Origin: an uncultured Chloroflexia bacterium
Lineage (GTDB): Bacteria > Chloroflexota > Limnocylindria > Limnocylindrales > CSP1-4
DNA length: 64,000 nt
NCBI GenBank assembly: GCA_963813535.1
Contig: CAWEZH010000003.1
Span: 416,001 to 480,000 of the forward strand
Direction of reading: 5' to 3'
Shown here piece by piece: positions 27,814-38,367 of this stretch (position 1 is the stretch's first letter; the number at the start of each line of letters is the position of its first letter). The notes below the pieces were generated by a model. That model searched no databases. It saw only the letters and a program-made list of their open reading frames with translations, and was not told the DNA's origin. The position numbers were made by a program, and so were the translations under genes.

Positions 27814-29917
27814 CGGAGGAATGCGGCCGCCACCCCGGCGTCGACGGGGATGTGGAGCCCTGTCGTCTGCGAGAGGTCACCACCAACCAGGGCGAAGACG
27901 GCAGCAGCGACGTGCTCGGGAAGGACTTCCTTCTTGAGGAGGGTCCGCTGGGCGTAGAACTCGCCAAGCTTGTCCTCCGGCACACCGTAGGTCCGGGCTC
28001 GATCGGCACCCCAGCCCTTGGCGAAGATGCCGGACCCGCGAACGACACCGTCCGGATTGACCCCGTTCACGCGGATCCCGAACTCGCCGAGTTCGGCAGC
28101 AAGGAGCCGGACCTGATGTGCCTGGTCCGCCTTCGACGCGCCGTATGCGACGTTGTTCGGACCCGCGAACAGCGCGTTCTTGCTCACGACGTAGACGAGG
28201 TCCCCGCCAAGCCCTTGCTCGCGCATGACCCGCGCCGCCTCGCGCGATACGAGGAATGACCCGCGCGCCATGACGTCGTGTTGAAGGTCCCAGTCCTCGA
28301 TCGTCGTATCGAATAGTGACTTGGAGATCGAAAGGCCGGCGTTGTTGATGACGATGTCCACGCCCCCGAATGCCAGGATCGCGTCGCGGAGCGCTGCCGC
28401 CACCTGCGCCGGATCGGTGACGTCACATCCGACGCCGATCGCGACATCCGATCCGCCGATCTCGCGGGCGACCGTCTCGGCGCTCCCAGCGTCGATATCC
28501 GCGACGACGACACACGCGCCCTCGGTCGCGAGGCGAAGAGCGATCGCCCGGCCGATCCCGGAGCCGCCACCGGTCACGAAGGCGATCCGGGCCGCCAAGG
28601 GCTTCCGCTTCGGCGCTCGCGCGAGCTTGGCCTCCTCGAGCGACCAGTACTCGATGCGGAACTTCTCCGACTCCGGGATCGGGTCGTAGGTAGAAAGCGC
28701 CTCGGCGCCACGCATCACGTTGATCGCGTTGACGTAGAACTCGCCTGCCACGCGTGCCGGTCTGCTTGTCCGTGCCGAAGCTGAACATCCCGACACCGGG
28801 AACCAGAACGATGGCCGGATCGGCGCCGCGCATCGGCGGGCTGTCAGGGGTCGCATGCCGCTCGTAGTAGGCACGGTACGCGTCGCGGTACTCCACGTGC
28901 AGGGCACGCAGGCGGGTCTCGACCTCCTCGAGCTCGGCCGTGCCGGGCAGATCCAGGACGAGGGGCCGGACCTTCGTGCGGAGGAAGTGGTCGGGACACG
29001 ACGTGCCGAGCTCGGCCAACCTCGGCATCGACGCACGGGCGACGAAATCGAGCACGACGTCGGTGTCCGTGTAGTGGCCGACCTGCGGTCGGTCGGTCGA
29101 GGCGAGGCCGCGCAGCAGTGGCAGGAGGGCCGCGGCACGATCGTGGCGAACGGCCTCGGGGAGCGGTTCGTGGCCCTCGACGAGTGGCCCGAATGGCTCG
29201 GGTCGGCCGTGGTCGGCGATGAAGCGCTCGGCGGTCCGGATGATGTCCAGCGAGTTGGCCTCGCAGGCCGCGGACGTGTCGCCCCAGGCCGTGATGCCGT
29301 GGCCACCGAGCACGACCCCGATCGCTTCGGGCCGGTCGCGCCGGATCGCCGCCACGTCCAGCCCGAGTTGGAAGCCGGGTCGCCGCCACGGCATCCAGGC
29401 GACACGATCGCCGAAGCAGTCGCGCGTCAGCCGTTCGCCGTCGGCTGCGGTGGCCAGCGCGATGCCCGAGTCCGGGTGCAGGTGGTCGACGTGGTCCGCC
29501 TCGACGAGCCCGTGCATCGCGGTGTCGATCGATGGCGACGCGCCGCCGCGCCCGAAGAGGCAATGGTCGAACGCCGCGACCATCTCGTCCTCGCTATCGA
29601 CGCCCGGGTAGACATCGACGAGCGCACGCAGACGGTCCAGCCGGATGACGGCGAGCCCGGCCTCGGTCAGCGTGCCGAGGTCGCCACCGGAGCCCTTGAC
29701 CCACAGCAGCTCGACCTCCCGGCCGGTCACCGGGTCGGTGGCGGCGCCCTTGGCGGACGTGTTGCCGCCCGCGTAGTTGGTGGTGCGCGGAATCGGCGCC
29801 CAGACGACGCGACCGCTCGACGAGCTGGTCCACGACGGAATGGGTGCGCCGCCCGGGCTCGGAGGAGGTGAGACCGGGCGGCGTTGGGCTGATGGCGCGG
29901 GTGCGGGTCTCGCTCAT
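27810..29917 (-). CDS. Bifunctional rhamnulose-1-phosphate aldolase/short-chain dehydrogenase (RhaEW type); +1 frameshifts near 29791 and 28758
   Basis: Three frames join into RSRRLGAD|PRTTNYAGGNTSAK...WVKGSGGDL...PSIDTAMH...DHLHPD...SCPDHFLRTK...GMFSFGTDKQT|ARVAGEFYVNAINVMRGAE...EYWSLEEAKL...TGGGSGIG...YGASK. Confidence 0.9.
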
Positions 29918-29967
29918 TCGTCTCGAAGCGTACTCCGGGCCGGCGCCCCGGCATCTGCTGCCCCGTC

Positions 29968-30034
29968 AGCGTGGCACAGGTTTCGTTTGATTTCAATCAT
30001 ATTCTTGACATTGCGAAGAAGCGTCATCTACCTT
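29968..30034. promoter_or_regulatory. Divergent sigma70-type promoters and probable DeoR operator
   Basis: On +, TTGACA (30005-10)-18 nt-TACCTT (30029-34). On -, TTGAAA (29996-91)-17 nt-CACGCT (29973-68). AT-rich TTTCG/TTTCA repeats 10 bp apart at 29981 and 29991. Confidence 0.65.
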
Positions 30035-30082
30035 GCCTTCTCGCAAGGGTTCGAAACCGCCGACGAGGGACCGTCCGCGCCA

Positions 30083-30931
30083 ATGGATCCTCGGTATGAG
30101 ACCCGTGCCCACTTCGCCTCGGAACGCCAGCAGCTGATCGCACGGCTCGTGCAGGAGCACGGCCGAGCCCGTGTCGGCGATCTGGCCAGGCGGTTCGGCG
30201 TGTCTGCCGTCACGATCCGCAAGGACCTCCAGGCACTCGAGACGCAGGGACGCCTCGTCCGCGCCCACGGCGGGGCCATCGCCGCGGCAGGTAACCGCCC
30301 CGAGAGCGCGTTCGAGGTCCGCGAGCGCGTCCAGCCCGACGCGAAGGACCGTATCGGGCGGCTGGCGGCGGGCATGGTCGTCGACGGGGAGAGCATCGCC
30401 TTCGATGCCAGCACCACGGCGCTGGCGGTGGCGCGTCATCTGCGCGCTCGGGGCGGCTGGGTCCACCTCACTGTCATCACCAATGGCCTGCGGATCGCCC
30501 AGGAGCTCGCCGGCATCCCGGGCATCACGGTCGCCATGCCCGGCGGGTTCGTCCGCTGGGAGGCGCTGTCGGTCGTGGGGCCGCTCGGCGACGGGCTGTT
30601 CCGCAAGGTCAACGTGCAGCGAGCATTCCTCGGCGCCGCCGGCTTCAGCCTCGAGTCCGGACTGAGCGATGCCACCGAGGAAGAGGCGCAGATCAAGCGC
30701 TCGATGGCCGACGCTGCTCGGCAGGTCATCGGCATCGTCGACAGCACGAAATGGGGACGCTCGGCGTTCGCGACGTTCTGCCGGCTGTCCGACCTGTCGG
30801 CGGTCATCTCGGACGATGGAGCGCCGCCAGCCACGGTGGCCGCGCTGCGCGCGCGCGAGATCGACGTCCACCTCGTTGGCGACCCCGCTGAGGACATGGC
30901 CGTCGACGCCGTCTCGAGGGTGGAGTCGTGA
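30083..30931 (+). CDS. DeoR/GlpR-family transcriptional regulator of rhamnose genes
   Basis: HTH ERQQLI...LARRFGVSAVTIRKDL..LE...RAHGGA, plus DASTT, VITN and DSTKWG. Confidence 0.92.
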   Translation: MDPRYETRAHFASERQQLIARLVQEHGRARVGDLARRFGVSAVTIRKDLQALETQGRLVRAHGGAIAAAGNRPESAFEVRERVQPDAKDRIGRLAAGMVVDGESIAFDASTTALAVARHLRARGGWVHLTVITNGLRIAQELAGIPGITVAMPGGFVRWEALSVVGPLGDGLFRKVNVQRAFLGAAGFSLESGLSDATEEEAQIKRSMADAARQVIGIVDSTKWGRSAFATFCRLSDLSAVISDDGAPPATVAALRAREIDVHLVGDPAEDMAVDAVSRVES

Positions 30932-32466
30932 CGGTCGCGGAAGCGCCGGTGTCGACGGCACGGGCCTCACTGGTCGGCGTCGCGAAGCGTTTCGACGCGA
31001 CGCAGGCGCTCGACGATGTCTCGCTCGACCTTCGACCGGGTGAGGTCCACGGGCTGGTCGGGGAGAACGGCGCCGGCAAGAGCACGCTCGTCAAGATCCT
31101 GGCGGGCGTCCATCAACCCGACAGCGGCGCGGTCCTGCTCGACGGCGAGGAGATCACGCTCCACGGGCCGGCCCAGGCGCGAGCGCTCGGCATCGCCGTC
31201 GTCCACCAGGAGCCACGCCTGTTCCCGGACCTGACCGTCGCCGAGAACGTGTTCATCGGGCACGCCCCGGGCGGTGCGCTCGGCACGATCGACTGGGGCG
31301 CGATGCGGCGACAGGCGGTGGCGATCTTCGCGGGGCTCGGCGTGCGGATGGACCCCGGCGCCATCGTGCGCGGCCTGTCGATGGCCGACCAGCAGCTCAT
31401 CGAGATCGCCAAGGCGCTGTCGATCGAGGCCCGTGTCCTGATCCTGGACGAGCCGACCGCGTCGTTGTCGGCGCATGAGGTGGAGCGCCTGTTCACGATC
31501 GTGCGCCAGACGCGCGACCGTGGCGTGGCCGTCCTGTTCGTGAGCCATCGGCTCGACGAGGTGTTCGAGCTGTGCGACCGGGCGACGGTGCTGCGCGACG
31601 GCAAGCACGTCGTGACCGCGGCGACCTCGGATCTCAGCCCCGCGGACCTGGTGCGCCACATGGTCGGTCGGACCGTGTCCCTGTTCCCCAAGGTCGAATC
31701 GCCGGTCGGCGACGTCCTGCTCGAGGTCGACGGGCTGTCCCGCGGCGACGCCTTCCGCGATGTGAGCTTCTCGGTCCGGGCCGGGGAGATCCTGGGCTTC
31801 GCGGGTCTGGTCGGCGCGGGCCGGACGGAGGTCGCCCGCGTGCTGTTCGGCATCGACCGCGCCGATGCCGGCGAGATCCGGCTCGGCGGTCGGGCGGTCT
31901 CCTTCGCCAGCCCGTCCGCGGCGCTCGCTGCCGGGATCGCGTACGTGCCGGAGGATCGCCACCAGGACGGTCTCGTCCTCGACTTCCCGATCGCCTCGAA
32001 CGTGACGCTGCCGATCCTGTCGCGCCTGTTCCCGCGACTCGTCGTGCGGACGTCGACCGAGCGGGCGATCGGGGCGCGCTACGTGGACCAGCTCCACATC
32101 CGGGCGACCAGTGTCGACCAGCTCGCGAGTGCGCTGTCGGGCGGCAACCAGCAGAAGGTGGTGCTCGGCAAGTGGCTGGCATCCGAGCCACGGGTGCTCA
32201 TCCTCGACGAGCCGACCCGCGGCATCGACATCGGCGCGAAGGTCGAGGTCCATCGGATCATCTCGGAGCTCGCCGCGTCCGGCCTCGCGATCATCCTCAT
32301 CTCGAGCGACCTCCCCGAGGTCCTGGCGATGTCCGACCGGATCCTCGTCCTCCACGAGGGCGCCGTCGCTGCCGAGATCCCGCGGGCCGATGCGACCGAG
32401 GAATCGGTGATGTTCGCGGCGACGGCCCAGGCGAGCCACGACCCATCGGTGAACGCGGATGTCTGA
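30928..32466 (+). CDS. rhaT: Rhamnose ABC transporter ATP-binding protein
   Basis: Two-domain CUT2 ATPase with GENGAGKST, LDEPT, PEDR and LSGGNQQK. Confidence 0.9.
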   Translation: MTVAEAPVSTARASLVGVAKRFDATQALDDVSLDLRPGEVHGLVGENGAGKSTLVKILAGVHQPDSGAVLLDGEEITLHGPAQARALGIAVVHQEPRLFPDLTVAENVFIGHAPGGALGTIDWGAMRRQAVAIFAGLGVRMDPGAIVRGLSMADQQLIEIAKALSIEARVLILDEPTASLSAHEVERLFTIVRQTRDRGVAVLFVSHRLDEVFELCDRATVLRDGKHVVTAATSDLSPADLVRHMVGRTVSLFPKVESPVGDVLLEVDGLSRGDAFRDVSFSVRAGEILGFAGLVGAGRTEVARVLFGIDRADAGEIRLGGRAVSFASPSAALAAGIAYVPEDRHQDGLVLDFPIASNVTLPILSRLFPRLVVRTSTERAIGARYVDQLHIRATSVDQLASALSGGNQQKVVLGKWLASEPRVLILDEPTRGIDIGAKVEVHRIISELAASGLAIILISSDLPEVLAMSDRILVLHEGAVAAEIPRADATEESVMFAATAQASHDPSVNADV

Positions 32467-33487
32467 CGTCGCGACGGTCGCCCAGGCACCGACCTCCGGC
32501 CCCTTCACGCGCGTGCTGGGCGCGGCAGCGCGACAGCGGGAGCTCAGCCTCCTGGTGATCCTGCTGGCCATGGGCGTGCTCGTGGCGATCCGGGCCCCAC
32601 AGGTGCTGTCCGTCTCGAACCTCACCGATGTCACGGTGCTCGCCTCGATCATCGCCATCGCCGCGGTGGGCGAGGCGATGGTGGTGATCACCCGCAACGT
32701 CGACCTGTCGGTCGAGGCGGTGATCGGGCTCGTCGCCTTCGCGGTGGCGGCCGTGCTCGCCAACCGGTCGCTGGACGCCCCCGCGGCGATGGCGTTCGGC
32801 GTCGGCCTGGGCCTGGTGCTCGGGATGATCAACGGCATCGTGGTTGCCGGGTTCCACGTGCCCTCGATCGTGGCGACGCTGGGTACGCTGAGCATCTACC
32901 GCGGGATCGACTTCCTGCTCGCCGGCGGCAAACAGATCACGCTGACACAGCTGCCTCCCGGGTACACCGCCGCGGCCCGCTCGACGCTGGTGGGCATCCC
33001 CGTGTTCGTGCTGATCGCTCTCGCGATCGTGGTCGTGTGCGCTGTGGTCCTGCGCCAGACGCGCTTCGGTCGGTCGGTCTACGCGGTCGGCAGCAACCCC
33101 GAGGCGGCGGGCATCCTCGGCATCCGGACCGGACTCGTCACGTTCATCGTGTTTTCGGTGTGCGGGCTCCTGTCGGGCATCGCCGGCGTCATGTGGGGCA
33201 TCCTCTTCGGGACCATCAACGCGACCGCCGCGACCGGCGTCACGCTCCAGGTCGTGGCCGCGGTCGTCGTCGGCGGCGTCAATATCTTCGGCGGGTCGGG
33301 CACGGTCGTCGGGGCCGCGCTCGGCGCCCTGTTCCTCGGCTTCATCTCCAACGCGTTGATCCTGCTGCGCCTGTCGCAGTTCTGGCTCCAGGCCCTGTAC
33401 GGCGTGGTGATCCTCATCGCCGTCGCGGTCGATGCCGTCCTTCTCCGACGGTTCCAGCGGTCCGCCACCGCACGGCGCCGGCGATGA
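32459..33487 (+). CDS. rhaP: Rhamnose ABC transporter permease
   Basis: Motifs TRNVDLSV, PSIVATLGT, YAVGSNPEAA and VVGGVNIFGGSG. Confidence 0.85.
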   Translation: MSDVATVAQAPTSGPFTRVLGAAARQRELSLLVILLAMGVLVAIRAPQVLSVSNLTDVTVLASIIAIAAVGEAMVVITRNVDLSVEAVIGLVAFAVAAVLANRSLDAPAAMAFGVGLGLVLGMINGIVVAGFHVPSIVATLGTLSIYRGIDFLLAGGKQITLTQLPPGYTAAARSTLVGIPVFVLIALAIVVVCAVVLRQTRFGRSVYAVGSNPEAAGILGIRTGLVTFIVFSVCGLLSGIAGVMWGILFGTINATAATGVTLQVVAAVVVGGVNIFGGSGTVVGAALGALFLGFISNALILLRLSQFWLQALYGVVILIAVAVDAVLLRRFQRSATARRRR

Positions 33488-34521
33488 GCGCCAGCGGACG
33501 CGGCCTCCTGCAGTCACTGGCGCGCTGGGAAGTGCTCCTCGCCGCCGTGCTCATCGCGCTCCTCTGGATCGGGTCGACCGTGTCCCCGGTCTTCCTGTCC
33601 GGGCGCAACTTCGCCAACCTCATATCGGCCGTCATCGAGGTCGCGATCATGTCGCTGCCGATGGCGCTGATCATCATCGCCGGGGAGATCGACCTCTCGG
33701 TCGAGTCGATGGTCGGCCTGTCGGCGTCGGTCCTTGGTGCTCTCTACGCTGGCGGGACGCCGATCGAGCTCGCGATCCCGATCGTCCTGGTGATCGGCGC
33801 CCTCGGCGGGCTGCTCAACGGCATCCTCGTGACCCGCATGCGGCTGCCGTCGCTGGTCGTGACCCTGGGTACGCTCGCGCTGTACCGCGGCCTCGCACTC
33901 ATCGTCCTCGAGTCACGCGGCATCAGCGAGTTCCCGACATGGTTCACGACCTTCGGGTTCGGGACCGTACCGGGCCTGCCGCTGCCGTGGCCATTCGTCG
34001 TCTATCTCGGCATCGCGCTCGTCCTCGCCGTGCTCCTGCACGGAACCTGGATCGGACGCCAGATCTACGCGATCGGCAAGAACCAGGCCGCGTCGCGCTT
34101 CTCGGGCGTTCGCGTCGCCCGCATCAAACTCTGGCTGTTCGTTCTGTCCGGGACCGTCGCGGCGCTGGCGGGCGTGATCCTCACCGCCCGCTTCGCCAGC
34201 GCCCGGGCCGACGTCGGCATCGGTCTCACCCTCGTCGTCGTGACGATCGTGTTGCTCGGGGGCGTCGACATCTTCGGCGGCCGCGGCACGATCCCGGGGG
34301 TCGTTCTCGCATTCTTCACGTTGGCCGTGCTGGGCAATGTCCTGCGGCTGACGAACGTGTCCTCCGACATCCAGAGCATCGTCGTCGGACTGCTGCTCAT
34401 CGTGTCGGTGGTCATCCCCACTCTTGCTCGCCGGGTCAAGGAGGCATACGACCGGACTCAAGGAGGTCGGCGCGTGCCGACCGGGTCGGTCGGAGGGCCA
34501 GGTGAGGTCGTCGGTCCATGA
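33484..34521 (+). CDS. rhaQ: Rhamnose ABC transporter permease
   Basis: ATGA overlap with the upstream gene. Motifs RWE, GEIDLSV, PSLVVTLGT, YAIGKN..ASRFSG and LLGGVDIFGGRG. Confidence 0.85.
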   Translation: MSASGRGLLQSLARWEVLLAAVLIALLWIGSTVSPVFLSGRNFANLISAVIEVAIMSLPMALIIIAGEIDLSVESMVGLSASVLGALYAGGTPIELAIPIVLVIGALGGLLNGILVTRMRLPSLVVTLGTLALYRGLALIVLESRGISEFPTWFTTFGFGTVPGLPLPWPFVVYLGIALVLAVLLHGTWIGRQIYAIGKNQAASRFSGVRVARIKLWLFVLSGTVAALAGVILTARFASARADVGIGLTLVVVTIVLLGGVDIFGGRGTIPGVVLAFFTLAVLGNVLRLTNVSSDIQSIVVGLLLIVSVVIPTLARRVKEAYDRTQGGRRVPTGSVGGPGEVVGP

Positions 34522-34538
34522 GCGAAGGAGGAAATGCT

Positions 34539-35642
34539 TTGATCTGGCAACGATCCGGGCGGTTCGCCGCCCTGCTAGCCGGCGCTGCGATCGTGGTCGC
34601 CGCGTGCGGCACGACAGCGTCGTCATCAGCGCCCAGTGCGGCGTCCGCGGAGCCATCCGCTCCGGCATCGAGCGAGGCTTCGCCATCCGGGAGTGCCGCT
34701 GCCGGTGGCGCGACCTCCGTCACGTTCATCCCCAAGCAGATCAACAACCCGTACTTCGACGCAGCCAAGGAAGGCGCCGACAAGGCGGCCACGGAGCTTG
34801 GGGGCAGCGTCACCCAGGTCGGTCCCAGCGCCGCCACCGAGGCGCAGGCCTCGTATATCCAGGACGCTACGACACAGGGCGTGAGCGCGATCGCGATCTC
34901 CGCCAATGACCCGAACGCCGTCGTGCCGGCGCTCGAGGCGGCCAAGGCGGCCGGGATCAAGGTCGTGGGCTACGACTCGAGCCCGGCGGCCGGCGCCTAC
35001 GACGTGTTCGTCAACCAGACGGACTTCAGCCTCATCGGCCAGTCGATGGCGGACTGGGCATGCAATCTCGCCCCGAGTTGCACAGGCGAGGTCGCCATCC
35101 TGTCGGCCGCCGCCACGGCGACGAACCAGAACGCCTGGATCGAGACCATGACGGGCATCCTGGCCGGCGACAAGTACAAGGGCCTCCAGCTCGTCGACAC
35201 GGTCTACGGCGACGACGACCCGCAGAAGAGCACGACCCAGGCACAGGCGCTCCTGCAGGCTCATCCGAACCTCAAGGTCATCGTCGCGCCGACGACCGTC
35301 GGGATCCTGGCGGCCGCCGAGGTGGTCAGCCAGGCCGGCAAGTCGAACGACATCAAGGTCACCGGTCTCGGCTTCCCGAAGCAGATGGCGGCGTACGTCA
35401 AGGACGGGACGTCACCCGAGTTCGGGCTCTGGAGCGTGCCGGACCTCGGCTACCTCACCTTCTTCGTGGCCGACGCTCTCGTGAAGGGCACGATCACCGG
35501 CGCCGTCGGTGACGAGCTCACGGTCCCGAGCCTCAACGATGGGAAGCCGTACACGATCGGTGAGAACAACACGATCATCCTCGGCCCGCCCCTGACCTTC
35601 AACGCGGAAAACATCGACTCGCAACAGTGGGGTCCGGGCTGA
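34539..35642 (+). CDS. rhaS: Rhamnose ABC transporter substrate-binding lipoprotein
   Basis: TTG 34539 follows AGGAGG (alternative ATG 34518). Lipobox VAAC, plus PKQINNPYF, SAAATATNQNAWI, APTTVGI and VTGLG. Confidence 0.88.
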   Translation: MIWQRSGRFAALLAGAAIVVAACGTTASSSAPSAASAEPSAPASSEASPSGSAAAGGATSVTFIPKQINNPYFDAAKEGADKAATELGGSVTQVGPSAATEAQASYIQDATTQGVSAIAISANDPNAVVPALEAAKAAGIKVVGYDSSPAAGAYDVFVNQTDFSLIGQSMADWACNLAPSCTGEVAILSAAATATNQNAWIETMTGILAGDKYKGLQLVDTVYGDDDPQKSTTQAQALLQAHPNLKVIVAPTTVGILAAAEVVSQAGKSNDIKVTGLGFPKQMAAYVKDGTSPEFGLWSVPDLGYLTFFVADALVKGTITGAVGDELTVPSLNDGKPYTIGENNTIILGPPLTFNAENIDSQQWGPG

Positions 35643-35660
35643 CCGACCCCGCTTGACCAG

Positions 35661-35691
35661 TCCGGATCCGGGGCGCCGCCCCGGGTCCGGA
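35661..35691 (+). terminator. Intercistronic hairpin after the binding-protein gene (mRNA stabiliser or partial terminator)
   Basis: TCCGGATCCGGGGC-GCC-GCCCCGGGTCCGGA. Confidence 0.55.
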
Positions 35692-35710
35692 CATCCAAGA
35701 GGTGACATCG

Positions 35711-36025
35711 ATGGAGCGCGTCGGCTTCGTGATGCGGCTGCTTCCGGGCCAGGAGGCCGAGTATCGCCGGCGCCACGCCGCGGTCTGGCCGGAGATGCTC
35801 GATGCGCTGCGTGCCGCCGGCGCTCACGACTACTCGATCTTCCTGCGCGGCGAGGACCTGTTCGGGTATCTCGAGGTCGACGACCTCGAGCGCTTCCAGC
35901 GGGAGATCGCCGCCAGCGACGTCAACACCAGCTGGCAACGGGAGATGGCGGGCCTCATCGACCCGTTGATGGACCCGGCGACCGGGTTCCATCGGCGGCT
36001 CGACGAGGTGTTCCATCTGGACTGA
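35711..36025 (+). CDS. rhaM: L-rhamnose mutarotase
   Basis: EYRRRHAAVWPEM...DYSIFL...LFGYLE...WQREM...EVFHLD. Confidence 0.94.
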   Translation: MERVGFVMRLLPGQEAEYRRRHAAVWPEMLDALRAAGAHDYSIFLRGEDLFGYLEVDDLERFQREIAASDVNTSWQREMAGLIDPLMDPATGFHRRLDEVFHLD

Positions 36026-36071
36026 GAGCCGCTGACCGGATCGGGAGTAAGGTCCGGACGGAGGAGACGGC

Positions 36072-37292
36072 ATGAGCGATAGCGCCACGGTCCCGGGGAC
36101 GCGCCCCTCGAGCGACCTCGACCGGATCCGCTGGGCGACGACGGGCCTGGCCGTCGAGATCCCGTCGTGGGGGTTCGTCAACACGGGGACCCGTTTTCGG
36201 GTCTTCCCGCAACCGGGCGTCCCGCGCGACCCGTTCGAGAAGATCGAGGACGCGGCCACCGTCGCTCGCTACACGGGCATCGCCAAGACGGTCGCCCTGC
36301 ACATCCCGTGGGACGCGGTCGACGACTACGCGGGTCTGGCGTCGTTCGCCACTGAGCGAGGCATCCGGATCGGCGGCATCAACTCCAACACATTCCAGGA
36401 CGAGGACTACAAGCTCGGCTCGCTGTGTCATCCCGACGCCCGGGTCCGGCGCAAGGCGATCGACGCCATCGTCGGGTGCTGCGAGATCGCGCGCCAGACC
36501 GGATCGGACATCGTCAAGGTGTGGCTGTCGGACGGGACGAACTACCCGGGTCAGGACGACTTCCGAGCGCGACGGCGGCGCCTCATCGACGGCCTGACCG
36601 AGGTCTACGCGGCGCTCCCCGAGACGGCGCGCATGGTGCTCGAGTACAAGCTCTACGAGCCCGCGTTCTATCACACCGACGTGCAGGACTGGGGTCAGTC
36701 GCTGTCCGTCTGCCAGCACCTCGGCGAACGGGCGCAGGTGTGTGTCGACACCGGCCATCACGCGATGGGTGTCAACATCGAGCAGATCGTCGCGATCCTG
36801 CTCCAGGAGGGCCGCCTCGGCGCGTTCGACCTGAACGACAAGAAGTACGGCGACGACGATCTCATCGTCGGCAGCATCGACCCGTACCAGCTGTTCCGGA
36901 TCTTCCACGAGCTCGTCACCGCGATGCAGGACGGATCCGATCAGATCGCCCGGACGACCGCCGAACGTGTCGTCTACATGCTCGACCAGTGCCACAACAT
37001 CGAGCCGAAGATCCCGGCGATGATCCGCTCGGTCATGACGCTCCAGGAGACCATGGCCCGGGCGTTGTTGGTCGATCACGAGGCGCTTCGCGCGGCGCAG
37101 GCAGCGGGCGACGTCCTCGAGGCCAACCGCCAGCTCCAGGATGCCTTCCAGACCGACGTCCGGCCGCTGCTCGCCGAGCTGCGGCGGGAGCAGGGCCTGT
37201 CCGAGGACCCGTACCGCGCCTACCTCGACAGCGGTGAGGCGGAGGCGCGTGACGCCGCGCGCGCGGGCGGCGTCGCGGCAGGGTGGGGCTGA
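36072..37292 (+). CDS. rhaI: L-rhamnose isomerase (RhaI type)
   Basis: Motifs EIPSWGFVNTGTRF, ALHIPWD, INSNTFQ, DGTNYPGQ, EYKLYEPAFY.T.V.DWG, DTGHH and DQCHNIE. Confidence 0.92.
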   Translation: MSDSATVPGTRPSSDLDRIRWATTGLAVEIPSWGFVNTGTRFRVFPQPGVPRDPFEKIEDAATVARYTGIAKTVALHIPWDAVDDYAGLASFATERGIRIGGINSNTFQDEDYKLGSLCHPDARVRRKAIDAIVGCCEIARQTGSDIVKVWLSDGTNYPGQDDFRARRRRLIDGLTEVYAALPETARMVLEYKLYEPAFYHTDVQDWGQSLSVCQHLGERAQVCVDTGHHAMGVNIEQIVAILLQEGRLGAFDLNDKKYGDDDLIVGSIDPYQLFRIFHELVTAMQDGSDQIARTTAERVVYMLDQCHNIEPKIPAMIRSVMTLQETMARALLVDHEALRAAQAAGDVLEANRQLQDAFQTDVRPLLAELRREQGLSEDPYRAYLDSGEAEARDAARAGGVAAGWG

Positions 37293-38227
37293 TGGCACTC
37301 GCACAGCAACTGCTGCCCAGCCGACGCCATGACCCGAACTGGGTCCTCAACCGGCTGGCGACCACGTACATCCCGGAGGACTCGGCCGTCGGGATCTTCC
37401 GGGCACACCACTTCCCGACGACACCCTGGCACCTCCACGATTTCTACGAGCTCGCCGTCGTCGAGTGCGGTACGGCGTTCCATGTCAGCGACAGGGGGAT
37501 CGAGCAGGTCGGGCGCGGGACCGTGCTGTTCGTGCCGCCGGGTGTGGGCCACGAGTACCGGTTCTGCACCGATGTGCAGGTCTACAACTGCCTGTTCCGC
37601 GCGGAGCTCGCGGAGGCCGAGCTCATGTGGGCGTTCCGCGATGGCCATCTAAGCGCGTTGTTCGACCCTGCCCATGGCACGCGCGCGCAGGCGAGCGATC
37701 CCATCGTGCGGGCCCAGCTGTCGGATCCCGACCTGGACCGGGTGATCGATGCCCTCGAGCCGATCAACCTGCATAGCCCGGACGCCGGGACCTGGGCCGG
37801 ACAGATCGGTCGTCTCCTGCTCGCCCTCGACATCGTCGCCACGGCCGCACGCGAGGCCTCCCGGGGGGACGCGCCCGAGCGGACCATGCCGGCCGCCGTT
37901 GCCGCCGCACTCGCCCTCATCGAGCGCGACATCACCTACCCCTGGACGCTGACCAAGCTGAGCCGGCTGACGTACGTCACTCCCGCCCACCTTGCGCGCA
38001 CGTTCGCGCGCTGCCTCGGTCTGCCGCCGATGCACTACCTCTCGCGCCTGCGGGCAGAGCGGGCCGCCGTGATGCTGGCCCGGACGGATGACCCTGTCGC
38101 GTCGATCGGCGCGGCCGTCGGTTGGGTGGATCCGGCGTATTTTTCCCGCAGGTTCCGCGTGGCGTTCGGCACGAGTCCGCGCGAGTACCGCCAGCGTCAT
38201 CACGTGGGGCGGCCACCGCGCGAGTAG
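37292..38227 (+). CDS. AraC-family (RhaR/RhaS-like) transcriptional regulator
   Basis: Cupin WHLHDFYEL...G...HEY and a C-terminal double HTH ending in IGAAVGWVDPAYFSRRFRVAFGTSPREYR. Confidence 0.9.
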   Translation: MALAQQLLPSRRHDPNWVLNRLATTYIPEDSAVGIFRAHHFPTTPWHLHDFYELAVVECGTAFHVSDRGIEQVGRGTVLFVPPGVGHEYRFCTDVQVYNCLFRAELAEAELMWAFRDGHLSALFDPAHGTRAQASDPIVRAQLSDPDLDRVIDALEPINLHSPDAGTWAGQIGRLLLALDIVATAAREASRGDAPERTMPAAVAAALALIERDITYPWTLTKLSRLTYVTPAHLARTFARCLGLPPMHYLSRLRAERAAVMLARTDDPVASIGAAVGWVDPAYFSRRFRVAFGTSPREYRQRHHVGRPPRE

Positions 38228-38239
38228 CCGCGGGGCAGC

Positions 38240-38275
38240 GCAAAGACATCCAAGAACATGTCAAGGGGAGTCAAG
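38240..38275 (+). promoter_or_regulatory. Probable AraC-type tandem binding site
   Basis: GCAAAGACATCCAAG-N6-TCAAGGGGAGTCAAG, with CAA at 38241, 38251, 38262 and 38272 (10/11/10 phasing, 21-bp repeat). Confidence 0.5.
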
Positions 38276-38367
38276 TCGTCGCCGGCTCGGCGCTCCATCG
38301 TGTCCGGACCGGCCCTCGCCCAACGGCGCCCGGCGAATGGCCGGATATGGTTACGAGGAGGCTGCTC

